A DNA stretch of 62,771 nt, filler included, from Chiloscyllium plagiosum (lineage: Eukaryota): assembly GCF_004010195.1 (NCBI RefSeq). It is 6 parts of one record of this genome, joined end to end, with 100 filler letters (N's around TTAATTAATTAA, not from the genome) between each part and the next. Parts side by side here need not be neighbours in the genome. Positions count along the whole stretch, not along the records: positions 36,539 to 46,276 come from NC_057710.1; positions 46,377 to 52,254 come from NC_057710.1; 4 more parts are not named here. The stretch is one strand, 5' to 3'. Shown here one piece after another: positions 36,539 through 49,830 of this stretch. The notes under the pieces were generated by a model, which was not told where the DNA came from, did not search any database, and saw only the letters and a list, made by a program, of their open reading frames with translations. Made by a program: the position numbers and the translations under genes. Every line of letters starts with the position of its first letter. The first letter of the stretch is position 1.

Positions 36539-37945
36539 AGTGAATAAAGGGAAACAAACTGGGTGAATAGAGGAAAATTGAGCCAATGCATGAAGAGAAA
36601 TTGATCAGGTGAATAAAGGTAAGTAGGTGAAGACAGGAAAACCAAATGGGTGAATAGTGGGAAATTTAAAGGATGGATAAAAGGATAGCAAGTGGTCCAT
36701 AGAAAAAACTGAGTGGGAGAATAAAGGCAAATCAAAAGTGAACAAAACAGAATTTGATTGGGTGACTAAATGGCAATTGGGCAATGAAGAACATGAAATC
36801 AATCGTGTAAATAAAAGGAATCAGGGGAATCAAGTGGGTGAAGTAAAGGAAAATTCATTGGGTAAATAAATGCAGTACTGCATGTGAATAAAGGAAACCA
36901 ATTAAGGAGAATAACAGTACGTTGAAAGATTGAATAAAGGGATATCACACGGTAATACATGGAGTTTGAGTATGTGACTAAAGCAAACTCTATCAGGGAA
37001 ATAAAAGTATATCAGGGTGGATGAAGTAAGGGACATTGAGTGGGTGATTAAACGGAATCCAGCAGGAGGCGATAGAGAAATCAAGTCGATGAAGAAAGGA
37101 CAATCAATCATTGATTAAAGGTAAATCAATTGGAAGGTTAACAGGATATTAAACAGAGAATAAAATGACATTCTTCAGGTGAATAAAGGGAAATGGAACA
37201 GTAAATAAAGGGAAATTGAGCAGGTGAATAATAGATAATGTAATGGGTGAATAGAGGGAATTTGATCAGGTGAATAAAGGAGAATCAAATGGGGCAATAA
37301 TAGAAAAATGAATGGTAAATAGATGGAATTTAAATGGGTGAAGAAAGGGAACTCAATCAGATAAATAGAGGGAAACTGAGCAGATGAATCAAGGGAAATT
37401 CAGTGGGTGAAGAGAGGGAATTTGATCAGGTGAATAATAAAGTTTAATAAAGTGAAATCATTCAGGTGAATAAAAACAATTGAGCAGTGAATAAAGGAAA
37501 ATCGAGTGGTAAATAAAGGTAAATTAAATGGGAGGACAACAGGATAATGAGCAGGGAATGAAATACAGTTGTTCAGGAGAATAAAGGTAAATAGAGTCGT
37601 TGAATCAAGGAAAATTGAACGGTGAGTAAAGGTAAATTAATTGGGAGGATAACATGAAATCCAGCAGGTGAATAAAGAGACATCAAGAGATAAGTAAAGG
37701 TAAACTGATCGGCGGATAACAGGATAGCGAGCAGAGAACAAAATAATATTGGGAAATTGAGTAGAAATAACAGGAAATAGACAAAGTGAAAATAGGGAAA
37801 TCATTTGGGTAAATAAAGGGAAATCAAAAGGGTGAATAGAAGATAGTAGATTGAGTGAGTAAAAGAAAGTTGACTGGGAGAATAAAGGGAAATGCAACAG
37901 GTCAAAAGAGGTTGGATAACAGGAAATTGATCGGGTGAATATAGG
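36539..37945. repeat. Degenerate purine-rich ~20-bp tandem array
   Basis: Recurrent ggtgaataaagggaaattga variants over 1.4 kb. Confidence 0.9.
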
Positions 37946-38959
37946 TTTCTGGGGAAGAAAACGTAAAGTTCTCTCTGGCACTTTGCATTCTAATTATTCT
38001 TTGAGAATAAGTGACTTTTCATCGCTAAGCTCCAATTTAAAATCCACAAGTATGTCACAGTTCATGCTGTTTCCTTCCTAGAAATTAGTCGTATCGATTC
38101 TTGATATTGTCATTTCTTCTATGAATAGAGAATTTAAGTGAGGATTAAGAGATGTGAGGAACAATGGAGGGGATATATACTGACATAAAGAAGTTTTAGT
38201 TATCTTATGCACAGTCTCCAAGCGCTCGTGATTCATTTTAATCCACTTTCTCTGTCAGAATGTGAGAATTTCATGTTTCCAAACACATTTATGGTGCTCA
38301 TCAACTGATAACAAATATGTCAATATAATGGTCCCTGTATTCCATCTAATCATCACTATGGTCTAACATATTTCTGGGAGATGTGGTACTTAATTCATCT
38401 TAAGATATTGTACAAATTCAAATCTTTTCTAGTTTTAATTCCTTTAGTCAGTGACAACAATATGCAGCCAAACAACTTTAATAACAGCTGATCCACAGCA
38501 GAGGTCACTGTTTAGAAATGAAAAATAGAGGAACGAATTACAGATAAAGAACAGCAAACCAAATATTCAGGTTTGTTGCTCAATACTGCTGATAAAATGA
38601 TAAATTCTCAAATTTGTGGAGTTCCGTTTCAAAAAAGAATGTAGGAAGAGGAAAGTAATTCTGATAGAATTTTGAAATCCTGCCTTGACGTTAAAATACA
38701 GATTGATTCTTATTTCCCCAAAAGACAGAATAAAGTTAAACTCGTTAACTGTTTAATATCCGTCACTCACTCATGAATAAGTGTATGTGTAATGCTAGAG
38801 TTACCAATCACTTTTTACAGAAGGAAAATCCAATTGTACAAACAATGTATAATTTCATATTTCAGGATTCAGGACCACTTTATACCCAAAAATGCAATTT
38901 AAGCAAAAACTTTATGAAATTGTTTAGCTACTTCAGACAGGTCGTACCTTTTGAGAGGT

Positions 38960-39031
38960 GTGTTCAATGCAGCATGAGCTGTTATTTTGTAAAGTGCATT
39001 CAATGCAGCATGCACTGTTATTTTGTAAAGT
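38960..39031. repeat. 36-bp tandem duplication
   Basis: ttcaatgcagcatgNNctgttattttgtaaagt at 38963 and 38999. Confidence 0.85.
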
Positions 39032-39249
39032 AATCAAACAACATGTCATTTCTTTTTGCAATGTCCAGACAACCTCGATCACTTTGATATTGACAATTCT
39101 TTTTGATCACAGTTCACTGGAGACTGTTGCGACTTTCAAAGAAGCCAAACAGGCAACAAGTGTCAGCCACAAAGCAGAGAAACAGCCTCTTCTCTGTTGG
39201 TAGAGCAGAGATGAGAGACAAGCTTTATTTTTTTTAATGTGATGTTACA

Positions 39250-40985
39250 CCATAAGATTATAAGCTGTTGAAGCAGAGGCAGACCATTCAGCCCATCAGG
39301 TCTGCTTCACCTATCATGGCTGATCTGATAATCGTCAATTCCATTTTCCTACCTTTTCTCTGTAACCCTTGAATCTCTTACTGATTAAAAAATCTGTAGA
39401 TTTTAGTCTTGAATACACTGAATTGCTCAACATCCCCATTCTTCTATAATTCCACAGGTTCACTCCCCTCTGAGAGAAGAAATTCCCTCCTCATCTTTAC
39501 CTCAAATGTGTGACCCCTTATTCTGAGATTATTACCTTTTGGTCTTCAATGCTCCCACAAGGAAAAATAATCTTTCATTATCTACTCTGTCAAGTTCCCT
39601 AAGAATCTTGTATTTTTCAAAAAGGCCTTCTTTCGTTCTTCTAAACTCCAATGAGTAGCAGCCAATCTACTCTGCCTCTCCTAGAAAATAGCCCCTCCAT
39701 ACCTGGCATTAGCCGAGTGAAGCTTGTCTGGACTGTCTCTGATGCCTGGATATCTTTCCTTAGACAAACGGATCAAAACTGTTCAAAGTATTTCTGCTGT
39801 GGTCTGATTAATGTGTTCTATAGTTTGAGCAAAACTTTCTTACTTTTATACTCAGTTCACTTTGAAATATAGGCCAACATTTCAGGTGCTTTCTCTGGTC
39901 TCTGCTGAACATAAAGAACATCTCGAGATGAATGAATGAACATTCCCAAATCCTTCTGTTCCAGACCTTTCTGAAGAGTTTCTCCAGTTAATATAATATT
40001 CAACTCCACTATTCTTCCTGCTAAATTGTATAATCTCACATTTCCTCACATTGTATTCCACCTACCAAGTTGTTGCCCATTCACTTATCTATATCCATAT
40101 GCAGATTCTTTGTGTCATCATCACCATTTGCTTTCCCACCTATTCTTGTCTCATCTGCAAACCTGGCTATAGTATATTCACTTTATTCATCCAAGTCATT
40201 AATATTTATTGCAAATTATTGTGGCCACAGCACTGATCCCTGTGTCGCACCATTAGTTGCAGTTTGCCATCCTGAAAATGCCTCCCCCCTTTTCCCAACT
40301 TTCTGTCCTCCAGTAGTTAACCAATCCTCCGTCCAGACTAACACATTATGTCCAACACCATGGGCTCTTAATGTGTGTTGCCTTAAGAAATACCTTCTGA
40401 AAATCCAGACATATTACATCCACTGTTTCCCCTTTATCTACTCTGCATACCACCTCATCAATAAATTCTAGCACATCTATCAGGCCTGATATGCCCTTCA
40501 TAAAGCTATGCTTGATTGTATTATATATTTCTAAAAGCTTTGCTGTCATACACTTTTAAATAGCCTCAATCATTTTCCAACTAACGGACACAACAGCCAA
40601 TAGTTACCTTGTTTTAATGTCTCCTTTCCTTTTTATTTGAAGTTGCTACACTGGCAGTTTTCCAAACCCCTGGGACTTTTCCAGAATCTAAGAATTCCTG
40701 GAAGATTATTAGCAGGGCATCCATTATCTCTGGAGCTACTCTAACTAATATCCTAAAATGTATCCCACAGGTCCAAGTGATTCACTTTGTTAATTTCCCT
40801 CGTACCTTTTCTTTTGTGATAGCATTTATTACCTCTCCTTCTTTTGCCCCTTGAGTATTTAGTAATTTTGGAATGCTTTTAGTGCTTTCTACTGTGATGA
40901 CTGATGTTCAACTCCTTTGTTATTTTCGGATTCCCCATTACTATTTTCCCAGCCTCATTTTCGAAGGGGCTTATGTTCACTTTTG
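39250..40985 (-). mobile_element. Old CR1-clade LINE
   Basis: VDKGETVDVICLDFQKVF, QKDLGM; heavily disabled. Confidence 0.88.
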
Positions 40986-41854
40986 CTATAAATCTCTACA
41001 TAGGCTAGTGGAACGGGTCATTTTTTATTTAACAGCATGAAATCCCAAATCACACAGTTTTTATTGTGACCTGTCTTTTAGCATATTTTTATCTAGTTCA
41101 GAATGAAGTATTTTATGAACTGAAGCAACACTACCAGCCCAACTGTAAAGTGGAGTGACTAAAGGAGCTTAAGTGCTTAAGAGCTATAAGGGATATTCAT
41201 TGTTACAACTGTTGAATTTTGTTCTTGTGTTGGATGATACAGGACAGTGGGGCAACATGGAGGCACCAAACTGTTGACAAGAGCAACTGACAGCATTGGA
41301 CCGGTCTGAAAATTTGTAGGGGGCAGAAGTGCTGTCAAGTCATCCCAAGCCTTGGGCTATTGAGGTGGCTAAGTGGCCAATTTAAGGGCCTCATGTCAAT
41401 GGTACTAGTGTTTTACCCAGGGTGTGCAGGAGACCCTCACCATGGGGGAAACCTGACAGTCCCAGCTGCACTGTCTGCTGGTGGGTAAAGGCAAGGGAAT
41501 TATTGGAAGGTGCCACACACTCAAACAGGTCACCCCCTCACTTTAACCTTCACCTCAGCCTCAACCCTGCCTTCTGATTGGCTGGAAGCTCTCTAAAGCA
41601 GGATCTATTCCTGGTATGGAAGTGAAATTCCTGCTTGAAGGCAATTAAAGTTGATTCCATTGTTACATTGCTGCAGGGACCGTGATGGGGTATCATGGGT
41701 AGATGGTTTTAGGTGTGGGGGGGGGAGGGGTTGGTGGAAGACGTGAGAAGGGCAGTGAATGAGGTGTCGGGAGGATGGGCACGGACCATGTATTCCCTAT
41801 GATGCTATGTAAGAGATAATGCTGACAGATACTTCAATCATGGCCAATCTAACA

Positions 41855-42024
41855 CAAAGGTAGTGATTTCTGGAAAAGCTTAGCAGGTCTGACAGCATCT
41901 GTGGAGAGAAATCAGAGTTAATGTGACAGGTCAAGTGACCCTTCCTCAGAACAGGACAGATGCTGCCTGACCTGCAATTTCTATTTTTGTCTCTGATTTA
42001 TAGCATCTGCAATTCTTTTGGTTT
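41855..42024. mobile_element. Penelope-like family B inverted insertion with 17-bp TSD
   Basis: tcatggccaatctaaca (41838-41854) vs tcatggccagtctgaca (42025-42041). Confidence 0.75.
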
Positions 42025-42155
42025 TCATGGCCAGTCTGACAACTGAACTAGATCCATGAACTTTCCAGCTGAAAACTCTAGATGGTGGTGAGGATAATTC
42101 CTCTTCCTGATCCTTGAACATTGGCTTTAATTGTAGAACCCCCCGCCGGTGTCAA

Positions 42156-42247
42156 TTCCTGATGAAGGGCTTATGTCCGAAACGTCGATTCTCCTGCTAC
42201 TCTGATGCTGCCTGGCCTGCTGTGTTTTTCCAGCAACACACTCTCGA
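42156..42247 (+). mobile_element. Penelope-like family A solo repeat with hammerhead-like motif at 42157-42189
   Basis: UC-CUGAUGA-A-GGGC-UUAU-GUCC-GAAA-C-GUC-GA. Confidence 0.8.
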
Positions 42248-42914
42248 CCCCCTCGTGTCAGACTGGCTGAGGTGTTCCAGCTCTTGTTCAGTATCCACAC
42301 TATACTTATGACACAAATCTTCAGAACTACATAAAACATCTGAATCATATGCAAACACTATCTACAAACAGATATAGAGTGTGTATAGGGATGTAGGTTG
42401 AGGGTATGATCAGATGTACAGCTATGAAGGTGACAGATTTAACTAATGTTACGTTTATCCTGGAGAACTGAAATGTACTTTAAAACACTTCACTTGGAAT
42501 AACATCCTTCTTTTGTAATCTCTAACGAAAAGTGAATCAGATAGAATTGGGAATTCTTTTCAATCTCCTTAAAAGAGTGTTTGAGAAGAACTTGAGGATA
42601 TGTTCTCTAAAGTTTTCTAATATTGTCAAAAATATTTCAGAGATTAGTGAAGGATAGTTCAGTGGGTTAAAAGCAAAAATAGAGCATATACACTTTATTG
42701 AACTGCTTGGTATAAGAGAACCTTGCTTTCAATCCCCAAACATGAAACTAATTCTTCAAACCCATTTTGTTACACTTCCCCTTGGGCAAACAGTGAAATG
42801 ATATTGTTGAGAGTGACTACCCTGACATCAAGTCTGCATTTAACCAGGTCTTAGATCAAGGAGTTCCAGGAAGTCTTGGGATAATGGGAAACAGTTTGAA
42901 ATCCATTAGTTGGA

Positions 42915-43710
42915 GTCATGGACAATGGTTGTGGTTGTTGGAGGTCAGTTATCTCAGCTTCTGGATATCTCTGCAGGAGCTCCTTACGTTAGTGGCTTTG
43001 GACTGACTATTTTTGGCTGCTTTATCAACGACCTTCCCCCTATCATAAGGGCACAAATGGGGATGTTCAGTGATGAGTGACAATTTTCAGCGCCATTCAC
43101 AACTTCTTAGATCCTGAAACAAATACAGACCTGGACAACATTCATCCTTGGGTTGACAAGTGACAAGTGGTATTCATTCCACATAAATGCCAGGAAGTGA
43201 CCATCTCCAACAAGAGAGAATCTAACCAACACCCTTGATATTCAATGGCATCACCATTACTGAATTGCCCACTATTTACATCCTTGGGGTTACCATTGAC
43301 CAGGAACTCTATTGGTCTCACCACATAAACATAGTGGCTACAAGAGACCAGAAATACTGGGGTGAGTAACTCACCTCCTGACTCCCCAAAGCCTGTCCAC
43401 CATTTACAAGGTACAAGTCAGGAATGTGATGGAATATTCACAACTTGCCTGGATGGAGGCAGCTGCAACAACACTCAAGAAGCTTCACACCACCCAGGAC
43501 AAAGCAGCTTGCTTGATTGGCACTATATCCACAAGCATCTACTCCCTTCACTGAGGAAGTCAAGTGTGGTAGTTAGATGTGGGCCAAGTTAGTGCAGGTG
43601 GACAACAGCAATTCAAGAAGGCATCTCATCATTACCTTCTCAAGGGCAAATAGGGATGGGCAATGTATGCTGGCATCCAGCAACACCCATGTCTTGTGAG
43701 TGAAAAAAAA
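42915..43710 (+). mobile_element. CR1/L2-like LINE 3' fragment (second family)
   Basis: Degenerate CFINDLP..GMF(S)DE RT region; tail caagggcaaatagggatgggcaatgtatgctggc. Confidence 0.8.
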
Positions 43711-43949
43711 TCCGAGCATGAGGCATTTTGATATGAGGCAGAAAGTGGAAGTTTGGTCAGGGGATTGGTGGTGATTTGGAGGAGTGCGGATTGGGGGCGG
43801 GGGTGGTGGAATGAGAGTTGAGAATCAAAATGTTTCTCAGTTTGCAGTGTTTCTGTTTCTGACTCTGACTTTATTTATTCCACCAAAAGTCAGAAATAGT
43901 CTAGGGCATAATTTTTCAGATTGTGGCTTTTTCTGTCTTTCCATCAGAA

Positions 43950-45548
43950 GAGTCACAGAGTCAGAGAGATATGCAGCATGGAAACAGACCCTTCAGTCCA
44001 GCTCGTCCATGCCGACCAGATATCCCAACCCAATCTAGTCCCATCTGCCTGCACCTGGCCCATATCCCTCCAAACCCTTCCTATTCATATACCCATCAAA
44101 ATGCCTTTTAAATGTTACAATTGTACTTGTCTGCACCACTTCTTCTGGCAGCTCATTCCATACGCGTACCATCTTCTGCATTAAACTTTGCTCCTTGGTC
44201 CCTTTTATATCTTTCCCCTCTCACCCTAAACCTATGCCCTCTAGGACTCCCCCACCCCAAGGAAAAGACTTTGTCTATTTACCCTATCCATGCCCATCAT
44301 GATTTTATAAATCTCTATAAGGTCACCCCTCAGCCTCCGACGCTCCAAGGAAAACAGCTCTAGTCTATTCAGCCTCTCCCTATAGTTCAAATCTTCCAAC
44401 CCTGGCAACATTCTTGTAAATCTTTTCTGAACCTTTTCAAGTTTCACAACATCTTCTCGATAGGAAGGAGACCAGAATTGCACACAATATTCCAACAGTG
44501 GCCTAACTAATGTTCTGTACAGCCACAACATGACCTCCCAACTCCTGTACTCAATACTCTGAATGAAGGAAAGCATACCAAATACCTTCTTCACTATCGT
44601 ATCTACCTGCAACTCCACTTTCAAGGAGCTATGAACCTGCACTCCAAGGTCTCTTTGGTCAGCAACACTCCCTAGGACCTTACCATTAAGTGTATAACTC
44701 CTACTAAGATTTGCTTTCCCAAAATGCGGCACCTCACATTTATCTAAATTTAACTCCGTCTGCCACTTCTCAGCCATTAGCTCATGTGATCAAGATCCCG
44801 TTGTAATTGGAGGTAACCTTCTTTGCTGTCCACTACACCTCGAATTTTGGTGTCACCTGCAAACTTACTAGCTACATGTCTTATGCTTACATCTAAATCA
44901 TTTATATAAATGATGAAAGACAGTGGACACAGCACCGATCCTTGTGGCACTCCACTGTTCACAGGCCTCCAGTCTGAGAAACAACCCTCAACCACCACCC
45001 TCTGTCTTCTACCTTTGAGCCAGTTCTGTATCCAATTGGCTAGTTCTCCCTGTATTCCATGAGATCTTATTTTGCTAATCAGTCTCCCATGGGGAACCTT
45101 GTCGAACGCCTCACTGAAGTCCAGATAGATCACGTCTACTGCTCTGCTCTCATCAATCCTCTGAGAAACAACCCTCAACCACCACCCTCTGTCTTCTACC
45201 TTTGAGCCAGTTCTGTATCCAATTGGCTAGTTCTCCCTGTATTCCATGAGATCTTATTTTGCTAATCTGTCTCCCATGGGAACCTTGTCGAACACCTTAC
45301 TGAAGTCCAGATAGATCACATCTACTACTCTGCCCTCATCAATCCTTTGTTACTTCTTCAAAAAACTCAATCAAGTTTGTGAGACATGATTTCCTACGCA
45401 CAAAGCCATGTTCACTATCCCTAAACAGTCCTTGCCTTTCCAAATACATTACATATTGTCCCTCAGAATTCCCTGCAACAACTTGACCATCACCGACGTC
45501 AGGCTCACCAGTCTATCGTTCCCTGGCTTGTCCTTACCACCTTTCTTA
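43950..45548 (-). mobile_element. CR1-clade LINE with internal 187-bp tandem duplication
   Basis: RT ORFs 44241-44777 and 44777-45178; duplicated units 44973-45159 and 45160-45345. Confidence 0.95.
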
Positions 45549-45722
45549 AACATAGAACAATACAGCACAGAACAGGCCCTTCGGCCCATGATGTTGTGCT
45601 GAACATTTGTCCTAGCTTAAGCACCCATCCATGTACCTATCCAATTGCCGCTTAAAGGTCACCAAAGATTCTGACTCTACCACTCCCACAGGTAGCGCAT
45701 CCATGCACCCACCACTCTCTGG
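45549..45722 (-). mobile_element. CR1 3' end
   Basis: Minus strand ...gggccgaagggcctgttctgtgctgtattgttctatgtt. Confidence 0.85.
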
Positions 45723-46276
45723 GTTATCTTATGACTGTGACTAATTTACACTCTGATAAACGAGAAAAGATCAAAATAAATGATAAAAGTGCAAACTTAT
45801 AAGAGCTTATGCAAGTATGGATTTGAAACAGGACATTGGAAGGTAATGATGATGATGTGACATGATCATAGTAATCCAAACAGAAGGTACACAGCCTGCT
45901 CACGACGAATAAATCAGGCGACAACTGTACTTCCTCAAAACCAATACAACATGACTGTAGTGCTAAAATAAACATTGTATTGCTCTTCCAGTAAAATAAT
46001 ATTTTTTATCAATTAATTCCAAATGTTTCAATTTATGCAATTGAAATTTATTTTGTTTCTATAATCTAAATAGCGCCACAGCATGGCGACATTTTGCAGC
46101 TTTCAGTATACCAACGTGCAAGTGACAATATTAAATAAATCTTCATACATATATAGATATCAATGACATCTTTCAATCAGTGCTGGAATTCAATGAGAAA
46201 GAAGTAAAGTTGTTTCAATGATAAAGAAAGCATTTGTGTTCAGCTGGAATTGCCACACTAAATACAAATAATCGTA

Positions 46277-46376
46277 NNNNNNNNNNNNNNNNNNNNNNNN
46301 NNNNNNNNNNNNNNNNNNNNTTAATTAATTAANNNNNNNNNNNNNNNNNNNNNNNNNNNNNNNNNNNNNNNNNNNN
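46277..46376. other. Artificial contig spacer
   Basis: N44-TTAATTAATTAA-N44. Confidence 0.97.
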
Positions 46377-46909
46377 CCACCTCACCCCTCTGCCTTACCC
46401 CAACCCAACCCACCCCCCAACGCCGCACCCCTGGGCAACCCCTCCCCACCCCCCGGGCAGCTGAACTGGGCACCCAAAGTAAGGCTGCTGCTGTCTTTGT
46501 GGGGTAATTCTCCAAATAGTGCATGGACACACACACACACAATGTTTTACTGCAACCTTTTGACAGGTTCCACCTCTGCCCTGTGCAGGACAACGCTGGA
46601 GAGATTATCTGGGGAAGGGGGGGTTTACGGTACACCCCTGTGTAGAACTCCAGGGAAAGTGTGGGGGGGAGAGAGAGAGAGAGAGCGGGAGGTCAGTCAT
46701 TTGGAGACGGTGCCTGGGCTCCCATCAGTGCAGGACTGTCCTCGGCAGCATTTCAGTAAGCCGAGTTCACCTTTAATCAATGTAAACAAAAGACACGATC
46801 AGTGTTGGAAACACGTTTTTGATGTAATGTTTCTTTCGGGAGACCTTGAGACCTACTTTGGATAATCCAAAATTCGGATAATTCATATTCATAAATCAAG
46901 GTTCCTCTG
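46377..46909. mobile_element. Right end of a Tc1/mariner-Tigger/pogo-like non-autonomous DNA transposon
   Basis: Ends ...ttcggataat...aatcaaggttcctctg|TA, resembling a cagaggaacct-type TIR plus TA target; left end lost in gap. Confidence 0.55.
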
Positions 46910-46989
46910 TATTTGCACTAATCTTGCCTCATTTATATGCAATTCACAATTCCCACATGCACCACTGAGAAGCTAGGGGGTGCCTTGAA

Positions 46990-47300
46990 GGGAGGTGATG
47001 GTCTTGTGTATTATGGCTAGACTGTTCATTCAGACACCCAGGTAATTTTCTGAGCACCTGGGTTCGAATCCTGCATGGCAAATGGAAGAAATTGAATTCT
47101 ATAAATATGACAACCATTGCTGATTGTCTGAAAAGCCCATCAGGTTCAGTAATGTCTTTAGGGAAAGAAACCGCCATCTTTACCTGGTCTGACCTAGCCT
47201 ACATGTGACTGCAGACCCACAGCAGCGTGGTTGATTCTTAGCTACCCTCTGAGCAATAAGGGATGGGCAACAAATGCCCATGTCCTGCGAGTGAGTGCCA
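46990..47300 (+). mobile_element. SlmI/MetaSINE-like tRNA-derived SINE
   Basis: B-box gggttcgaatcc; core aaaagcccatcaggttcagtaatgtctttagggaaag; cctacatgtgactgcagacccacagc. Confidence 0.8.
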
Positions 47301-47578
47301 ATTCCCGACTTCCCAAAACGTACAACAGTCACATGGCAGATGCAGCTCACTGCTTGCTTCTCCAGACCTGCACTTTAAGGTTCATTCACCAATATCTCAT
47401 GCATGCTCCATGGGAACTGTCCACCATCAACCTCCATCCAGGGAAATCTGCATCAACAGAACACGCACACCACACCATCATGGCCCATCCTAGACGAATT
47501 CATAATATATGTCAACACTTCCCTACTGTACTCTGAAGCTCATGGACACCCCACCAGTCTCATGCAACTACATAGTGT

Positions 47579-47888
47579 GGGCGGCATGGTGGCACAGTGG
47601 TTAGCACTGCTGCCTCACAGCGCCAGAGACCCGGGTTCAATTCCTGCCTCAGGCGACACTGTGTGCAGTTTGCACGTTCTCCCCGTGTCTGCGTGGGTTT
47701 CCTCCGGGTGCTCCCACAGTCCAAAGATGTGCAAGTCATGGCATGAATTGGCCATGCTAAATTGCCGTAGTGTTAGGTAAGGGGTAAATGTAGGGGTATA
47801 GGTGGGTTGCGCTTCGGCGGGTCGGTGTGGACTTGTTGGGCCGAAGGGCCTGTTTCCACACTGTAATGTAAATCTAAATCTAATCTAA
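47579..47888 (+). mobile_element. Near full-length HE1-type V-SINE
   Basis: Closely matches 31497-31811; (taatc)n tail. Confidence 0.95.
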
Positions 47889-48314
47889 TAGCATGCACTC
47901 CAGGACGTACACATTTTTTGACTTTTCGCTCACTTTCTTAGCACTCACTCACTTTGCCATTCCTTGGATGCTCACAGTATCTCTGCTTTGCTTTGTCTTT
48001 GCATACATTGGACCATCAATGAGAACTCAGTATCACAGCATCTCTTGCTTGACTTGCCTTTTAGTAAAGACAGGAAAGTAGGCAGCTTATCATAGTTCCT
48101 GGCACAGAACAGTTAAGGGGGCGAACATTTGGTATACATCAACATGCTACATCAATGTCACATTCACTGAAGTGAAAGTGTATCGACAATGATGTAACAC
48201 CCATGCTACCTATGGGTCTTGAGCAATCTCATTTTCAATGCCCCCCACTGCATCCAGGTGTAATCTCAGCCTGCCTCCACAATGAACCCTATTGACCTGG
48301 AAGATTTGAGCAGA

Positions 48315-49050
48315 TTTGGCAAAAACGGAAGAGCTGGTCACTGACTTCAGGAGGCAAGATAGAGGGCACATCCTAATCTACATCAATGGTGCTAAGGTGG
48401 AGATGGTCACGGGCATCAAGTTCCTACAGTTGACAATCACCAACAATTTGTCCTGGTCCATCTATGTTGATACGACAATCAATAAAGCACAACAACACCT
48501 CTACATCTTCAGGAGGCTAAGGAAATTTGGTGTGCCTGTAAAGACTCTTACCCATTTTCACAGATGCACCATAGAAAGCATTCTATCCAGATGCATCACA
48601 GCTTGATATAGCAGCACCATAAGAAACTACAGAAAGTTGTGAACACAACCCAGTCCATCACGCAAGCCAACCTTCAATCCACAGACTCCATCTACACTTC
48701 TCGCTGCCTCGGGAAGGCAGCCAACATCATCAAAGACCCCTCCCATGCCAGTTATTATCTCTGTCAACCTCTTCCATCAGGCAGGACATAGAGAAGCTTA
48801 ACCACATGGACTAACAGATTCAAGAACAGCTTCTTCCTTGCTGTTTTAGACTTCTAAATGGACCTCTCAAATTTTAAATTTAAAGTTGACCTCACTCTTT
48901 ATGCACTTTCTCTGCAGCCGTAACATTGTATTCCTTGCTCTTTTCAATTACCCTTATGCATTTTGTATGGTATGATCTACTTGTACTGCACATAAAACAA
49001 AATGTTTCACTGTACTTAGGTATATGTGACCAGAATAAATCAAATCCAAT
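48315..49050 (+). mobile_element. Rex1/Babar-like LINE 3' fragment
   Basis: KTEELVTDFRR...NLSWS...KAQQHLYIFRRLRKFG...CTIESILSRCIT; aataaatcaaatc tail. Confidence 0.88.
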
Positions 49051-49571
49051 CAGTTGACCCTGGGACATTTAGGGATAGAGGGCCCTGCCATGCTGAGAGT
49101 GTCAAGTACAGACTTAACCGCAATTTCTACAAGTTTGGAGATGACAATCAGGAAGAAGGTGGGTGAGGAGACACCAGACTTGAAACACTAACTCTGCTTT
49201 CTTCCCGCGGATATTGCCATATCTGCTGAGTTTCTCCTATACTTTCTGTTTAAGAAGGTGGAGGGACCTGACACCTCTGGGCTGTTTGGAGATAAAACTT
49301 CTTCGCATCTATATATATGGTTTCTCCTCATCTGGCTGCTTGCACTCTGGCTCCTTGAGAGAAAGGGGCACCAGGAGTCAGGTAAAAGCCCCTCATCTCC
49401 CCTTAACGCTGATGCTGAGCACCAAGGGCTAATGCAATGGAGTGTAGGACTATGTGCATTTCCAGAGGTCAATAAACATTCTGCTAGAGCTAGTTTTCCA
49501 TAGCAGTTTTCAACCTCACCATGGAGATAGGCAGGCACACATTGCCGGAGCCAGTATAGTACAGGTCACAT

Positions 49572-49830
49572 TAGAATCATAGCATTCCTACAGTGTAGAA
49601 AGAAGCCATTTGGCCCATCGAGACTGAACCAACCCTCTGAACAGCATCCTGCCCAGACTAAGACTCTCACCTGATCCCTGTAGCTCCGCATTAACTGTTG
49701 ACAATCCATGTAACGTACATATCTTCGGACAGTGGAAGGAAACTGGAGAACCCAGAGGAAACCTACACAGACATGAGGAGAATGTGCACAGACATTTGCC
49801 CGAGGCTGGAATTGAACGTGGGCCCCTGCA
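49572..49830 (-). mobile_element. HE1-type V-SINE, diverged
   Basis: ggaaactggagaacccagaggaaacctacacagac...gagaatgtgca. Confidence 0.75.

Noticed and set aside
38866..38940. Possible 75-nt in-frame exon
   Set aside because: Weak donor (gtcgta) and unrecognised peptide.
46070..46088. CTCF-like motif tagcgccacagcatgg
   Set aside because: Four mismatches in the core; not distinguishable from chance.
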